Positions 50,409-61,167 of a stretch of DNA of 64,000 nt are shown piece after piece; within the stretch, counting starts at the first letter, position 1; each line of letters begins with the position of its first letter. This stretch comes from Candidatus Eiseniibacteriota bacterium. GTDB taxonomy: Bacteria; Eisenbacteria; RBG-16-71-46. The notes beneath the pieces were generated by a model. That model was not told where the DNA came from. It ran no database searches and saw only the letters and a program-made list of their open reading frames with translations. The position numbers and the translations under genes are program-made. The stretch lies in assembly GCA_041483195.1 (NCBI GenBank), contig JBGPFC010000022.1:1-64000 (forward strand), read 5' to 3'.

Positions 50409-50888
50409 ATGCGCCTCGATACCATGCTGTCCCGGATCGCGCGCCTCGCACCGGCGTGCGCTGTGCTTCTCGTTCTCGCGTCTTGCGCCAAGGTCCCGCT
50501 GGTCGGCGGCAAGCCGACCATCGGCCTCAAGCTGTCATCGAGCGCCGATGCCAACTCCTGCGGCAAGGGCACCGGCAACTCGCTCTACTTCCGCGTGCTC
50601 CAGCTCTCCGACGCGACCGCGGTCGCGAGCCTCTCGCTCGCGCAGCTGTGGGACAAGGAAGAGAAAGTGCTGGGCCCCGCTCTGCTCGCGAAGAGCGAGG
50701 ACGTGATCGACGCGGCGTCGCGTCGTGAGCTCAAGATCCCTCGAGATCCCAAGGCCAAAGCGATCGTCATCGTCGGAAACTTCTGCAAGACCGACGGCAC
50801 CTGCTGGCGGGTCATCCGACCGGTTTCGGCGGGCACCAACATCACGCTGCAGGTAGACGCGAGCTGCCTGAGCGAGGCCAAGCGCTGA
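50409..50888 (+). CDS. tssJ: T6SS lipoprotein TssJ
   Basis: LAS-C lipobox; AN...LYFRVLQLSD; WR near C-terminus; precedes tssK. Confidence 0.78.
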   Translation: MRLDTMLSRIARLAPACAVLLVLASCAKVPLVGGKPTIGLKLSSSADANSCGKGTGNSLYFRVLQLSDATAVASLSLAQLWDKEEKVLGPALLAKSEDVIDAASRRELKIPRDPKAKAIVIVGNFCKTDGTCWRVIRPVSAGTNITLQVDASCLSEAKR

Positions 50889-50907
50889 CCCGCGGAGGGT
50901 TCACCCG

Positions 50908-52260
50908 GTGAGCCGGCATCTCCCCGTGGTGTGGAGCGAGGGCATGATGCTCTCGCCCCAGCACCTGCAACAGTGGGATCGCTACCTCCACCACATGGTA
51001 GCCGAGCGATTCCGCTCCTCGCAGCTGTTCGAGTGGGGGCTCACGCTGCTCGAGATCGACCGTGAGGCGCTCCGCAACGGGCGACTCGCCCTCGTCGAAG
51101 CGCGCGGCGTGTTTCCGGACGGCACGCCGTTCGCCATTCCCACCGACGACGCGGCGCCCGCGCCGCGGGCGATCGATGGCCACTTCGGCGCGCGCCAGGA
51201 ATCGCTCCAGGTCTACCTGGGGTTGCCGGCGGGCCGGCCGGGCCGTCCGCAGCTCGGGACGCTCAGCGAGCCCGGCGCCCCGATGCCGCGTTACGCGCCC
51301 GAGATGATCGAGCTCGCAGACAGCAACACCGGCTCCGACGAACGCGCGATCCAGGCCGCGCGGCGGAATCTGGTGCTGCTGTTTCCAGACGAGGCGCTCG
51401 CCGATCACGACGTGATCCCGATCGCCGAGGTCGTGCGCACCTCCGACGGCGCGTACGCGCTCCGCGATGCGTTCGTGCCGCCCTGCCTCTCGATCGGCGC
51501 ATCCGAGGCGCTGGTGCGGCGCATCCGGATCCTGCACGAGAAGCTCATCACCAAGAGCAACACGCTGGGCGACATGCGCGGGCAGCGCGGCGGGGCCTCC
51601 GACTTCGGGAGCCTCGATCCGATGAACTTCCTCATGCTGCACGCGGTCAACTCTGCGATTCCGACGCTCGCGCATTTCATCGCCCATCGCCGCGCGCATC
51701 CCGAGCAGGTCTACCTCGCGCTCGCCACGCTGTGCGGCACGCTGTGCACGATCTCGACCGAGGTCCATCCCAAGGACCTGCCCACCTACGATCATCTCGC
51801 TCTGGCGGGGACCTTCGCCGGGATCGACGGCGCGCTGGCCGGCCTGCTCGAGAAGCAGGCGCAGAGCAAGGCGGTGCGCATCGACCTCGAGAAGAAGGAC
51901 GGCTCGCTTTACGTCGGCCGCATCCAGGACGTGCGACTGCTCGAATCCGGCGCCAGCCTGTTCCTGGGCGTCCGCGCCGAGGTCGAGGAGCAACGGGTGG
52001 TCACCGAGATCCCGGCGAAGCTCAAGATCGCCTCGCTCGACAAGATCGACTTCCTGATCGCGAACGCCCTGCGTGGCGTGCCGGTGACATTCATTCGCGT
52101 TCCGCCCGCCGCGCTGCCGGTCAAGGGAAGCTTCCTCTACTTCCAGCTCGACTCGAACAGCGACGCCTGGCAAACCATCAAGGGCGCGAAGAACATCGCG
52201 ATCTTCGCCCCGCCCGAGTTTCCCGGCATCACGCTCGAGCTGCTCGGGCTGCGCGAGTAG
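50908..52260 (+). CDS. tssK: T6SS baseplate subunit TssK
   Basis: VVWSEGMMLSPQHLQQWDRY, GVFPDGT, HPEQVY, YDH, YFQLD. Confidence 0.95.
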   Translation: MSRHLPVVWSEGMMLSPQHLQQWDRYLHHMVAERFRSSQLFEWGLTLLEIDREALRNGRLALVEARGVFPDGTPFAIPTDDAAPAPRAIDGHFGARQESLQVYLGLPAGRPGRPQLGTLSEPGAPMPRYAPEMIELADSNTGSDERAIQAARRNLVLLFPDEALADHDVIPIAEVVRTSDGAYALRDAFVPPCLSIGASEALVRRIRILHEKLITKSNTLGDMRGQRGGASDFGSLDPMNFLMLHAVNSAIPTLAHFIAHRRAHPEQVYLALATLCGTLCTISTEVHPKDLPTYDHLALAGTFAGIDGALAGLLEKQAQSKAVRIDLEKKDGSLYVGRIQDVRLLESGASLFLGVRAEVEEQRVVTEIPAKLKIASLDKIDFLIANALRGVPVTFIRVPPAALPVKGSFLYFQLDSNSDAWQTIKGAKNIAIFAPPEFPGITLELLGLRE

Positions 52261-52263
52261 CCG

Positions 52264-53067
52264 ATGGCCGGGCGCAAGGACAACTCCCGGGACCGGCGCC
52301 CGGGTCGAGCGGCAGCGCCGCGTGCGCAGCGCCGCGGCATTCTCGAGACCATCGTCGCGGGCGGAAGCGGGCGCTCGGGCGGCGGCACCCCGCCGCCCCG
52401 CGCGCGCCTGGTGGATCTCGCATCCGAGTGGTTCAGCACCGTCATCGCGCTGAAGCGCGTCACGCTGCTGCCCGACGCCGACGCGCTGCGCGCGCGCGCT
52501 CTCGAGCTCAAGGCCAAGTTCGAGCAGGAGGCGCGCGATGGCGGTTTCAGCGCCGCCGACACCGAGGCCTCGGTGTACGCGATGGTCGCCTTCCTCGACG
52601 AGACCGTGCTGAACGCGGCCGGCCCCGCGCGCGAGGCGTGGGTCTCGATGCCGCTCCAGCTCCAGCTGTTCGGCCAGAACGTGGCGGGCGAGGAGTTCTT
52701 CATCCGGCTCGACAAGATGCGCCGCGAACGCGACACCCGCGTCGAGGCGCTCGAGGTGTACTACTGCTGCCTCGCGTTCGGATTCGGCGGCGCGCTCCGC
52801 CTGCTCGGACCCGAGCGCCTCCAATCGCTGCTGGGCGAGGTCGAACGCGACGTGGCCGCCGTACGCGGCACCTCCAAGCGCGCGCTCGCGCCGCACGCCA
52901 TGCGCAAGGACGAGGGCGACGACAGCGTCGCGGCCGGCATCCCGGTCTGGATCACGCTCGCGGCGTTCGTCGTCGCCGTGACCCTGGTCTGGCTGCTGGT
53001 GCTGCTGGTTTCGAGCGTCGCCGCCGGACGCGCGGCGGGCGCCATCCACGGGCTGCTCGCGCACTGA
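52264..53067 (+). CDS. tssL: T6SS TssL/DotU (no OmpA domain)
   Basis: YAMVAFLDE, PLQLQLFG, AGEEFF, LEVYYCCLAFGF; C-terminal TM. Confidence 0.92.
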   Translation: MAGRKDNSRDRRPGRAAAPRAQRRGILETIVAGGSGRSGGGTPPPRARLVDLASEWFSTVIALKRVTLLPDADALRARALELKAKFEQEARDGGFSAADTEASVYAMVAFLDETVLNAAGPAREAWVSMPLQLQLFGQNVAGEEFFIRLDKMRRERDTRVEALEVYYCCLAFGFGGALRLLGPERLQSLLGEVERDVAAVRGTSKRALAPHAMRKDEGDDSVAAGIPVWITLAAFVVAVTLVWLLVLLVSSVAAGRAAGAIHGLLAH

Positions 53068-53071
53068 TCCC

Positions 53072-56000
53072 ATGTTTTCCCTCCAGAGTCTGCTCCGGCC
53101 CCGCATGCTGATCGGCGGAGCCATCGCCGGAGTCTTCAGCGTCACCACCATCATCGTGTTCAAGCTGCTGGGCTGGTCCATCCTGCTCGCGGTGCTGCTC
53201 ATCATCACGATTGCCCTGATCGCGCTGGTCATCATCCTGGTGCGCCAGCTCCAGTCCGCGCGCCGGGCCGAGGAAATCGAGAAGACCATCTCGAACCAGG
53301 CGGACCGCGACATCGAGCGCAGCTCGCCCGGGATGCAGGCCGAGATGCAGACCATGAAGGCCGAGCTGCTCGCGGCGCTCGAAGCGCTCAAGACCTCGAA
53401 GATGGGCCGCCGCGGCAAGGGCGCCCTCTCGGAGCTGCCGTGGTACATGGTCGTGGGGCCGCGCGACGCCGGGAAGAGCACGCTGATCAAGCGGTCGGGG
53501 CTCCACTTCCCGCTCAAGGACGACAGCCAGAACCCGCGCTCGGTGCGCGGCGTGGGCGGCACGCGAAGCCTCGAATGGTGGCTCACCGAAGAGGCGGTGG
53601 TGCTCGACCTCGCGGGCCGCGCGGTCGGGGCCACCGCGCAATTCGAGGACAACGACGACTGGTTCGCGTTCCTCGACGTGCTGCGCAAGCAGCGCAAGGA
53701 CAAGCCGCTCAACGGCGTCATCGTGACCGTGGGCTGCGACGTGCTCGCGGAGAGCGAGGTCGCCAAGGTGGACAAGCTCGCGCTCGCGGTGCGCGAGCGC
53801 ATCCACGAGCTGATCGAGCGGCTGGGCGTCGTGTTCCCGGTGTACGTCGTGTTCACGAAGATCGACCGCCTCGCGGGCTTCGCCGAGTTCTTCGGCGACT
53901 TCGACGCGAACACGCGCGTGCAGCCGTGGGGCGCGACCATCGCCCCGGAGCGCGCGCGCGACGAAGAGCCCACCGCGATCTTCGAGACCGAGTTCGAGCA
54001 CCTGCGCGGAGCGCTCTCCGACCGCCGCATGGCCCGCCTGGCCGAGGTGCCGGACCCGGTTCAGCGCGCGCGCGCGTTCGCGTTCCCGATCCAGCTGGAG
54101 CGTCTCCGTCCGTCCATGCGCAAGTTCGTGAAGCTGCTGTTCCAGCCCGACCCCGCGCAGGAGACGGCCCTGTTCCGCGGGTTCTACTTCACGAGCGCCG
54201 TGCAGGAAGGCGCGAGCATCGATCGCGTGCTCCAGCCGGCCGCCGAGTCGCTGGGCGTCGCGGGGGCCGAGACCGCGGCGCCGCCGCTGCCCGCGGAGGG
54301 CGCGTACTTCGTGCAGGATCTGCTCGGCCGCGTGGTGTTCGGCGACGCGAGCCTGGCCGCGGTCTCCTCCCGCGAGCAGACGGCGCGCCGTCGCGCGCGG
54401 ATATTCATGTTCGCGATGCTGGGGGTCGCGTTGCTCGCGATCGCGATCACGTTCATCACCCTCGCGATCATCAACGGCGGGCTGGTGCACGACACGCGCC
54501 GCGCCGCCGCGGACGCCGCCCAGTCGATCACCGCCCAGTCCGATCTCATGAGCGGCGTGACCACGCTCGAGACGCTCCGCGCGCGCACCGAAAAAGTGGA
54601 CGGGCTCGTCAGGAACAAGCCGTTCTGGCGCGGGCTGGGCGCGTACTCAGGCGACGCCCTGCGCGATCCCGCGCTCCAGCTCTACAGCGAGAAGCTGCTC
54701 GAGTCGATGGTCGCGCCCGGCTTCAACCGCATGGAGACCGAGCTCACCCAGCTCACGGACTCCAACCAGGGCACGTTCTACGACTACTACATGCTGTTCC
54801 GCGCGTGGCGCCTGCTCACCACGCCCGCGCAGATCAAGCCGGACGACGCGCCGGTGCTCGCACGCGAGATGGGGCGCGTGCTCGCGTCGCGCCTCGAGCT
54901 CGCGACCCCCGAGGATCGCGCTCGATTCCCGAAGCTGGTCCAGGCGCAGATGGCGTTCATCTGCCTGCACCCGGACTTCCTCGTGAAGCTCGCGCCCGCC
55001 TACTACCGGCTCGGAAACGCGGACCTGGTGCGGCGCGCTGCGGAGCGCGTGCGCAACACGTGGGACTCCTCGCAATTCTACAAGGCGATGATCGACGAAG
55101 CTGCGCCATCGACCAAGGAGGCGACGCTCGCATCGCTGATCGGCCAGCCGGGATTCCTCGAGGGCGGCGGACGCGTGGCCGGCCCCTGGACGCTGGATGG
55201 CTGGCAGAAGCAGATCAAGCCGCGCATCGACGAGTGGCAGGCGCTCATGCAGCGCGACTGGGTGATCGCCGACGCATTCCAGGGCCGCCCGCCCGATCTC
55301 GTCAAGGACCTGCGCACCAGCTACGCGCGCGACTACACGAAGCAGTGGGTCGATCTCATGAATTCGATCGGCGCCAAGGAAGCTCGAGATCCCGCCTCGG
55401 TCTCCGAGCTCATCAAGTTCGCGGCGCAGGACGACTCGCCGATTCTCCGGCTGCTGCGCGCGGTCGGGCAGCAGACCTCGCTCGGCGTCGACGACGCGTC
55501 GGACGTTGGGGCCGTGCAGCGCGACTTCGCGATCGTGCAGCAGTTCTTCGGACCGGAGGGACTCGCGGGCACCGCGCACAAGGGACTCTCGCTGTTCCAG
55601 CGCAAGCCCAGCCGGCTCGACGCCGGCGCGCCGATGAGCGGCCGCTACCAGGACGAGCTCAAGAACGCGCTCACCGAGGTGACCAAGCTGGTGCAGAACA
55701 ACGAGCCGATGGGCGCGATGCGCAAGCTCGCCGATCCGGGCAGCGCGACGTCGGCGGCGAACGGCTGGATCGGCGGCATCGGATCGCCGTACACCGGGGA
55801 TGCCGCCAAGGCCACGGTGCGGATCCTCCAGCTCCCGATCAGCGCTGTGATCGGAGGCAGCCACACCACGACCCTGACCGATCTGAACAACCGCTGGAGC
55901 CTGCTGGTCTACGGTCCGTTCCAGAAGACGCTCGCGAACAAGTACCCGATCGCCGATCAGGGCCAGGATCTTTCGGCCTACGACTTCACCGAGTTCTTCC

Positions 56001-56590
56001 GTCCGGGCGGGACCTTCTGGTCGTTCTACGACAGCTATCTCAAGGACTTCGTGCACGAGGACGGCTCGCCGATGACCGAGGGCCAGAACGTTCCGCTCAC
56101 GCCGGCGTTCCTCGACTGCCTGCGCAAGGCGTACGTCATCCGACAGGCCTTCTTCACCGCGAAGCCCGCCGAGGCGTCGCTCAAGTTCTCGGTGCGCACC
56201 AACACTCCGGAGATGGAAGGCCCGCACCTCAACGTTCGCCGCATCTCGTTCGATCTCGGCGGCGACATGGCCGCGTACATCATGGGAATCCGCGACTGGA
56301 AAGAGCTCGAATGGCCGGGATCGGATCCCAACGCAGGCGCCGCGCTGCGGCTCGACACCAGCGGGGGTCCGGCCGCTGACAACCTGAGCGAGCCCGGGCT
56401 CTGGGGGCTGTTCAAGCTGCTCGACCGCGCGCAGTTCGCGGGGGCCGAGAGCGCGACCCCCGCCGCGTCCTGGCGGGTCACCGCGGGGCCGACCACGCTC
56501 CGCGTGGTGTACGAGTTCCAGCCCGTCTCGACCAATCACCCGTTCAAACCGCGATTCCTGCGGTTTTCTCCGCCTCCGTCCCTGCAGTAG
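53072..56590 (+). CDS. tssM: T6SS membrane subunit TssM/IcmF
   Basis: LPWYMVVGPRDAGKST, PLNGVIV, FPVYVVFTKIDRLAGF, FRGFYFTS, GLWGLFKLLD. Confidence 0.96.
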   Translation: MFSLQSLLRPRMLIGGAIAGVFSVTTIIVFKLLGWSILLAVLLIITIALIALVIILVRQLQSARRAEEIEKTISNQADRDIERSSPGMQAEMQTMKAELLAALEALKTSKMGRRGKGALSELPWYMVVGPRDAGKSTLIKRSGLHFPLKDDSQNPRSVRGVGGTRSLEWWLTEEAVVLDLAGRAVGATAQFEDNDDWFAFLDVLRKQRKDKPLNGVIVTVGCDVLAESEVAKVDKLALAVRERIHELIERLGVVFPVYVVFTKIDRLAGFAEFFGDFDANTRVQPWGATIAPERARDEEPTAIFETEFEHLRGALSDRRMARLAEVPDPVQRARAFAFPIQLERLRPSMRKFVKLLFQPDPAQETALFRGFYFTSAVQEGASIDRVLQPAAESLGVAGAETAAPPLPAEGAYFVQDLLGRVVFGDASLAAVSSREQTARRRARIFMFAMLGVALLAIAITFITLAIINGGLVHDTRRAAADAAQSITAQSDLMSGVTTLETLRARTEKVDGLVRNKPFWRGLGAYSGDALRDPALQLYSEKLLESMVAPGFNRMETELTQLTDSNQGTFYDYYMLFRAWRLLTTPAQIKPDDAPVLAREMGRVLASRLELATPEDRARFPKLVQAQMAFICLHPDFLVKLAPAYYRLGNADLVRRAAERVRNTWDSSQFYKAMIDEAAPSTKEATLASLIGQPGFLEGGGRVAGPWTLDGWQKQIKPRIDEWQALMQRDWVIADAFQGRPPDLVKDLRTSYARDYTKQWVDLMNSIGAKEARDPASVSELIKFAAQDDSPILRLLRAVGQQTSLGVDDASDVGAVQRDFAIVQQFFGPEGLAGTAHKGLSLFQRKPSRLDAGAPMSGRYQDELKNALTEVTKLVQNNEPMGAMRKLADPGSATSAANGWIGGIGSPYTGDAAKATVRILQLPISAVIGGSHTTTLTDLNNRWSLLVYGPFQKTLANKYPIADQGQDLSAYDFTEFFRPGGTFWSFYDSYLKDFVHEDGSPMTEGQNVPLTPAFLDCLRKAYVIRQAFFTAKPAEASLKFSVRTNTPEMEGPHLNVRRISFDLGGDMAAYIMGIRDWKELEWPGSDPNAGAALRLDTSGGPAADNLSEPGLWGLFKLLDRAQFAGAESATPAASWRVTAGPTTLRVVYEFQPVSTNHPFKPRFLRFSPPPSLQ

Positions 56591-56628
56591 GGGCCCCGGG
56601 CGGGGCTTAATCCCGATAGAATTTGGCG

Positions 56629-56657
56629 TTGCGCCGCGACGGGCGCGCGCTTATCGT
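56629..56657 (+). promoter_or_regulatory. Possible internal sigma70-type promoter for tssA onward
   Basis: TTGCGC-N17-TATCGT in the 194-bp tssM-tssA gap. Confidence 0.45.
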
Positions 56658-56784
56658 GCTGCCTCGACCCCGAATGGGGGCCGCGCCGGTCGTTCCGGTC
56701 AACGCCCTCTGTGGGAGCATGTTCGTCCTCGATGCCGCGGCCGAATCGCGCTCCCGGTGACATTCCCTGGAGGCCAGAGCCCCC

Positions 56785-58362
56785 GTGAGCGTGACGGAGC
56801 TTCTGGAGCTTGGCACCACACCCATCCGGCCCGATGCCCCGGCCGGTGGCCCTGGTCGCGACGAGCCCGAGTTCGAGGTCCTCCAGAGCGAGGTCCGAAA
56901 ACTCGAGTCGCCCGATCTGCCGACGATCGACTGGGACAAGGCGATCGCCGCCTCCACCAAACTGCTCGGCACCAAGTCGAAGGACCTGCTGATCGCGTCG
57001 TACATGAGCGTCGGCCTCCTCGAACGCGATGGCCTCGCCGGGTTCGCGGTCGGGCTCACGATCGTGCGCGATCTCATCTCGACGTTCTGGGAGACGCTCT
57101 ACCCCGACATCAAGCGGCTGCGCGGTCGCGTCGCCGCGATCGAGTGGCTGTCCGAGCGCGCCGGGCAGTCGCTGCAGCGCAAGGCCGGGCGACGCGTGGC
57201 GGCGGACGCCGTCGCGCAGTGTCTCGAGCGCGTCGCCGAGATCGACGAAAAGTTGTCCCCGCTGCTCGATTCCCCTCCGCTGCTCGGCGATCTGCGCCGT
57301 GCGCTCGAGCAGCTCGCGAGCGCGAGCGCGCCCTCCGAGCCCTCGTCAGCTCCGAGCGCGGGCGCAGCTTCCAGCTCGAGCTACGAGAGCGTGTCATCCT
57401 CGGCGCCGACGTCGGTCGAGACCGGCGAGCAGCTGGAGAAGGCGCTCGACGAGGGCCAGCGACTGCTCGAGATGTCTGCGGCCTACCTGCGCTCGAGCGA
57501 GCCCGTGAACCCGCTGGGATACCGGCTGCCGCGGATGCTCTGGTGGTCGCGGGTCGCGGACGTTCCGCCCAACGAGGGCGGGGTCACGCTCATTCCCGAC
57601 TTCGATCCATCGATCTCCGAGCAGTTCGAGCAGGCGTTCTCGTCCGGCAACTACCCCGCCGTGCTCGAGCAGACCGAGGCGCTGTTCCCCAACTCGCCGC
57701 TGTGGTTCGACGTGAGCCGTTGCGCGGCGCAGGCGCTCGAGGGCCAGGGCGAGGCGTTCACGGCCGCCACCGAGGGCATCGCGCTCGAGCTGGCGGTGCT
57801 GCTCAAGCGTCACCCGGATCTCCTCAATTTGAAGACCGCGGGGGGAGTCCCGCTCGCGAGCGACGCGACCCGCCAGTGGATCGCGAAGAAAGTGCTGGTG
57901 GGCGCCGGCATCGACCTGGGCCCGTCGCCTTCCGCATCGGGAGCGGGGCCGCGCGGCGGCGCGGAATTCGCGGAGACCGCGCAGCAGGCGAAGAAGCTCG
58001 CGCGGGGCAAGAAGCTCGGGGAGGCGCTCACGCTCCTCGAGAAGGGCGCTCAGCGCACCGAGCGGCTCGAGGACCGCGTCGCATGGAAGCTCGAGGTCGC
58101 GCGGACGCTGATGACCGCCGGGCAGGACGAGATGGCGCTCGCCCAGCTCGAGGGGCTGGACGCCGAGCTGCGCAGCTCGACGATCGAGGAGTGGGATCCG
58201 CAGCTGTGCGTCGAGGTGCTCAAGAACCTGCTCCTATGCCGTCGAAAGGCCGAGTCGTCCATGGAATTGGGGCCGGGCGAGCAGGCGCGCTCGCGCGAGA
58301 TCATGGGACGACTGTGCCGGCTCGACGTGGCGGCAGCGCTGGAGCTCAACGGAAGACGATAG
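56785..58362 (+). CDS. tssA: T6SS TssA (ImpA_N plus VasJ-like)
   Basis: PIRPDAPAG, IDW, KSKDLLIASY, FWETLYP, PLWFD, EEWDP. Confidence 0.92.
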   Translation: MSVTELLELGTTPIRPDAPAGGPGRDEPEFEVLQSEVRKLESPDLPTIDWDKAIAASTKLLGTKSKDLLIASYMSVGLLERDGLAGFAVGLTIVRDLISTFWETLYPDIKRLRGRVAAIEWLSERAGQSLQRKAGRRVAADAVAQCLERVAEIDEKLSPLLDSPPLLGDLRRALEQLASASAPSEPSSAPSAGAASSSSYESVSSSAPTSVETGEQLEKALDEGQRLLEMSAAYLRSSEPVNPLGYRLPRMLWWSRVADVPPNEGGVTLIPDFDPSISEQFEQAFSSGNYPAVLEQTEALFPNSPLWFDVSRCAAQALEGQGEAFTAATEGIALELAVLLKRHPDLLNLKTAGGVPLASDATRQWIAKKVLVGAGIDLGPSPSASGAGPRGGAEFAETAQQAKKLARGKKLGEALTLLEKGAQRTERLEDRVAWKLEVARTLMTAGQDEMALAQLEGLDAELRSSTIEEWDPQLCVEVLKNLLLCRRKAESSMELGPGEQARSREIMGRLCRLDVAAALELNGRR

Positions 58363-58411
58363 AGAAGATAGAAACGAATCACGATCCAGAACCAGATGAA
58401 AGGAGAAGGCC

Positions 58412-58906
58412 ATGGCGAAAGAAGCTTCCGTCGCTCCCAAGGAGCGTGTGAACATCGTCTACAAGCCCGCGACCGGAGGCGCGCAGTCCGAAGTCGAGCT
58501 GCCCCTGAAGCTGGTGGTCATGGGAGATTTCACGCAGCGCGCGGACGACACGCAGCTCGAGGAGCGCAAGCCGGTCCAGCTCGACAAGGACAACTTCAAC
58601 GACGTGATGGGGCAGCAGAAGCTCGCCGTGCAGTTCAACGTCGCGAACAAGCTGAGCGGGAAGGAAGGCGAGGAGCTGCCCGTCGATCTCAAGTTCCGTT
58701 CGATGAAGGATTTCTCGCCGGCCGAGGTGGCGAGGCAGGTGCCGGAGCTGCAGAAGATGCTCGACCTGCGCGAGGCGCTCACGGCGCTCAAGGGCCCGCT
58801 CGCGAACACGCCGGCGTTCCGCAAGAAGATCGAGGAGCTGCTCAAGGACCCCGCCCAGCGCGAAAAGCTCATCAAGGAACTGGGCATGAGTGGAGACGGT
58901 CAGTAA
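58412..58906 (+). CDS. tssB: T6SS sheath small subunit TssB/VipA
   Basis: SVAPKERVNIVYKPATG...VELPLK, DFSPAEVARQVPEL, LKGPL. Confidence 0.97.
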   Translation: MAKEASVAPKERVNIVYKPATGGAQSEVELPLKLVVMGDFTQRADDTQLEERKPVQLDKDNFNDVMGQQKLAVQFNVANKLSGKEGEELPVDLKFRSMKDFSPAEVARQVPELQKMLDLREALTALKGPLANTPAFRKKIEELLKDPAQREKLIKELGMSGDGQ

Positions 58907-59002
58907 CGACCCCGGCCGCCGGGCGCTGCGCGCCGGCGGGTGCGGCCACGCCGCGCCCGAGCCGTCACGAAGCGACGCACGGGGCCTGAAGGAGAATCAG
59001 CG

Positions 59003-60484
59003 ATGGCGGAGCAGGAAAAAGAACAGCAAGCGGGCGGGACGGTCGAGGCGGGCGAGTCCATTCTCGACCAGATCGTCGCCAACACCGGAGCCAAGCCCAG
59101 CGATGACAGCTTCGCGATCGCGAAGCGCGGCCTGGAAGCTTTCATCCGGGAGCTGGTGCGTCCCGAGCAGGCGGGTGCGCGGGTGCACCAGTCGGTGGTC
59201 AATGAGCTGATCTCGCAGCTCGATCAGCGCATGAGCCTCCAGATCGACGAAATCCTCCACAACCCCGAGTTGCAGAAGCTCGAGTCGTCATGGCGCGGGC
59301 TCAAGCTGATGGTGGACCGCACGGACTTCCGCGAGAACGTGAAGATCGAGCTCCTCAACGTCTCGAAGGGCGACCTGCTGAACGATTTCGAGGACTCGCC
59401 CGAGATCACGAAGTCGGGCCTCTACCGTCACGTGTACACCTCGGAATACGGCCAGTTCGGCGGCGAGCCGATCGGCGCCATGATCGCCAACTACGAGTTC
59501 GACGCCGGTCCGCAGGACATGAAGCTGCTCCAGTACTGCGCGAGCGTGGCGACGATGGCTCACGCGCCGTTCATCTCGGCGATCAGCCCGAAATTCCTCG
59601 GCCAGCCGTCGTGGCTGGTGCTTCCGAACCTCAAGGATCTCAAGTCGATCTTCGAGGCGCCGCAGTACGCGAAGTGGCGGTCGTTCCGCGAGTCCGAGGA
59701 CGCGCGTTACGTGGGCCTCACGGCGCCGCGCTTCCTCATGCGGTTGCCCTATGGCTCCGAGACGGTGCCGGTCAAGGAGTTCAACTACGAAGAGACCGTG
59801 ACCGACGGCCACGAGAAGTACCTGTGGGGGAACACCGCTTTCGCGTTCGCGACCCGGATCGCAGACAGCTTCGCCAAGTATCGCTGGTGCCCGAACATCA
59901 TCGGTCCCCAGAGCGGTGGAGCGGTCGAGGACCTGCCGGTTCACACCTTCAAGTCCATGGGTGCGATCGAACAGAAGATCCCCACCGAGATCCTCATCTC
60001 GGAGCGGCGCGAGTTCGAGCTCGCCGAGGAGGGCTTCATCGCCCTCACGATGCGCAAGGGCAGCGACAACGCCTGCTTCTTCTCGGCCAATTCCTGCCAG
60101 AAGGCCAAGACCTTCGGGCAGAGCAAGGAAGGCAAGGAGGCCGAGGCGAACTACAAGCTCGGCACCCAGCTGCCGTACATGTTCATCATCAGCAGGCTCG
60201 CCCACTACATCAAGGTCATCCAGCGCGAGAACATCGGAAGCTGGAAGGAAAAGGAAGATCTCAACCGCGAGCTGAACGCCTGGATCAACCAGTACGTCTC
60301 CGAGATGGACGTGGTGAGCGATGCGGTACGCGGCCGCCGTCCGCTGCGCCAGGCGGAGGTCGTGGTGTCGGACGTCGAGGGTGATCCGGGCTGGTACCGG
60401 GTCGGCCTCAAGGTGCGCCCGCACTTCAAGTACATGGGCGCGTTCTTCTCGCTGTCGCTGGTCGGTAAGCTCGACAAGAAGTAG
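59003..60484 (+). CDS. tssC: T6SS sheath large subunit TssC/VipB
   Basis: LESSWRGL, EYGQFGGEP, YLWGN, SRLAHYIKV, RPHFKYMG. Confidence 0.98.
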   Translation: MAEQEKEQQAGGTVEAGESILDQIVANTGAKPSDDSFAIAKRGLEAFIRELVRPEQAGARVHQSVVNELISQLDQRMSLQIDEILHNPELQKLESSWRGLKLMVDRTDFRENVKIELLNVSKGDLLNDFEDSPEITKSGLYRHVYTSEYGQFGGEPIGAMIANYEFDAGPQDMKLLQYCASVATMAHAPFISAISPKFLGQPSWLVLPNLKDLKSIFEAPQYAKWRSFRESEDARYVGLTAPRFLMRLPYGSETVPVKEFNYEETVTDGHEKYLWGNTAFAFATRIADSFAKYRWCPNIIGPQSGGAVEDLPVHTFKSMGAIEQKIPTEILISERREFELAEEGFIALTMRKGSDNACFFSANSCQKAKTFGQSKEGKEAEANYKLGTQLPYMFIISRLAHYIKVIQRENIGSWKEKEDLNRELNAWINQYVSEMDVVSDAVRGRRPLRQAEVVVSDVEGDPGWYRVGLKVRPHFKYMGAFFSLSLVGKLDKK

Positions 60485-60598
60485 TCACCAGGCCGGCGCG
60501 CCGGCCTGGCATCGTCTTCACCACGCGCGTTCCGCGTGGCGTCACGGTGCCGTGCCCGGCGCAGTCGTGCTCACCCGCAACCAGGGAGGTTCAGGAAC

Positions 60599-61087
60599 AT
60601 GGCACTGAATGCATATCTGAAGCTCAAGGGCCAGAAGACCGGCGAGATCAAGGGGAGCGTGACCCAGAAGGGGCGCGAAGGGAAGATCATGGTGATCGCG
60701 GTGTCGCACGAGGTCATCAGCCCCCGCGATCCCGCCTCCGGCCTCCCGACCGGCAAGCGCATGCACAAGCCGTTCGTGATCACCAAGGAGCTCGACAGCG
60801 CCACGCCGCTGCTCCTCGGCGCGCTCTGCAACAACGAGAACATCACGGAGTGGGAGCTTCAGTTCTGGACCCCGAGCGCGACCGGCGCCGAGAAGCAGCA
60901 CTACACGGTGAAGCTCGTCAACGCCAACATCGCGTCGATCGCGTTCCGGATGGCGAACAACAAGCATCCCGACCTCATGAAGTACGCCGAGTACGAAGAG
61001 ATCGCGTTCACCTACCAGAAGATCGATTGGACCTGGATGCAGGGTGGCATCACCGCGGGCGACGACTGGGAAGCGCCGGTCGTCTGA
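60599..61087 (+). CDS. hcp: T6SS tube protein Hcp
   Basis: AYLKLKGQKTGEIKGSV, SGLPTGKRMHKPF, FTYQKIDWTW. Confidence 0.96.
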   Translation: MALNAYLKLKGQKTGEIKGSVTQKGREGKIMVIAVSHEVISPRDPASGLPTGKRMHKPFVITKELDSATPLLLGALCNNENITEWELQFWTPSATGAEKQHYTVKLVNANIASIAFRMANNKHPDLMKYAEYEEIAFTYQKIDWTWMQGGITAGDDWEAPVV

Positions 61088-61110
61088 TCCACGCCTCGCG
61101 CTGAAATCGG

Positions 61111-61143
61111 CCGGGGGGGCGCCGCGCGTCGGCGTCCTCCCGG
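61111..61143 (+). terminator. Hairpin after hcp (stabiliser or partial terminator)
   Basis: CCGGGGGGGCGCCG-CGCGT-CGGCGTCCTCCCGG then TTCT. Confidence 0.45.
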
Positions 61144-61167
61144 TTCTAACGCTTCCGGAGAAGACGA

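Noticed and set aside
50842..54030. Very long antisense and alternate-frame ORFs (also 17420-20311, 41045-43351, 53440-56379)
   Set aside because: Shadow ORFs typical of high-GC coding DNA, overlapping well-supported genes
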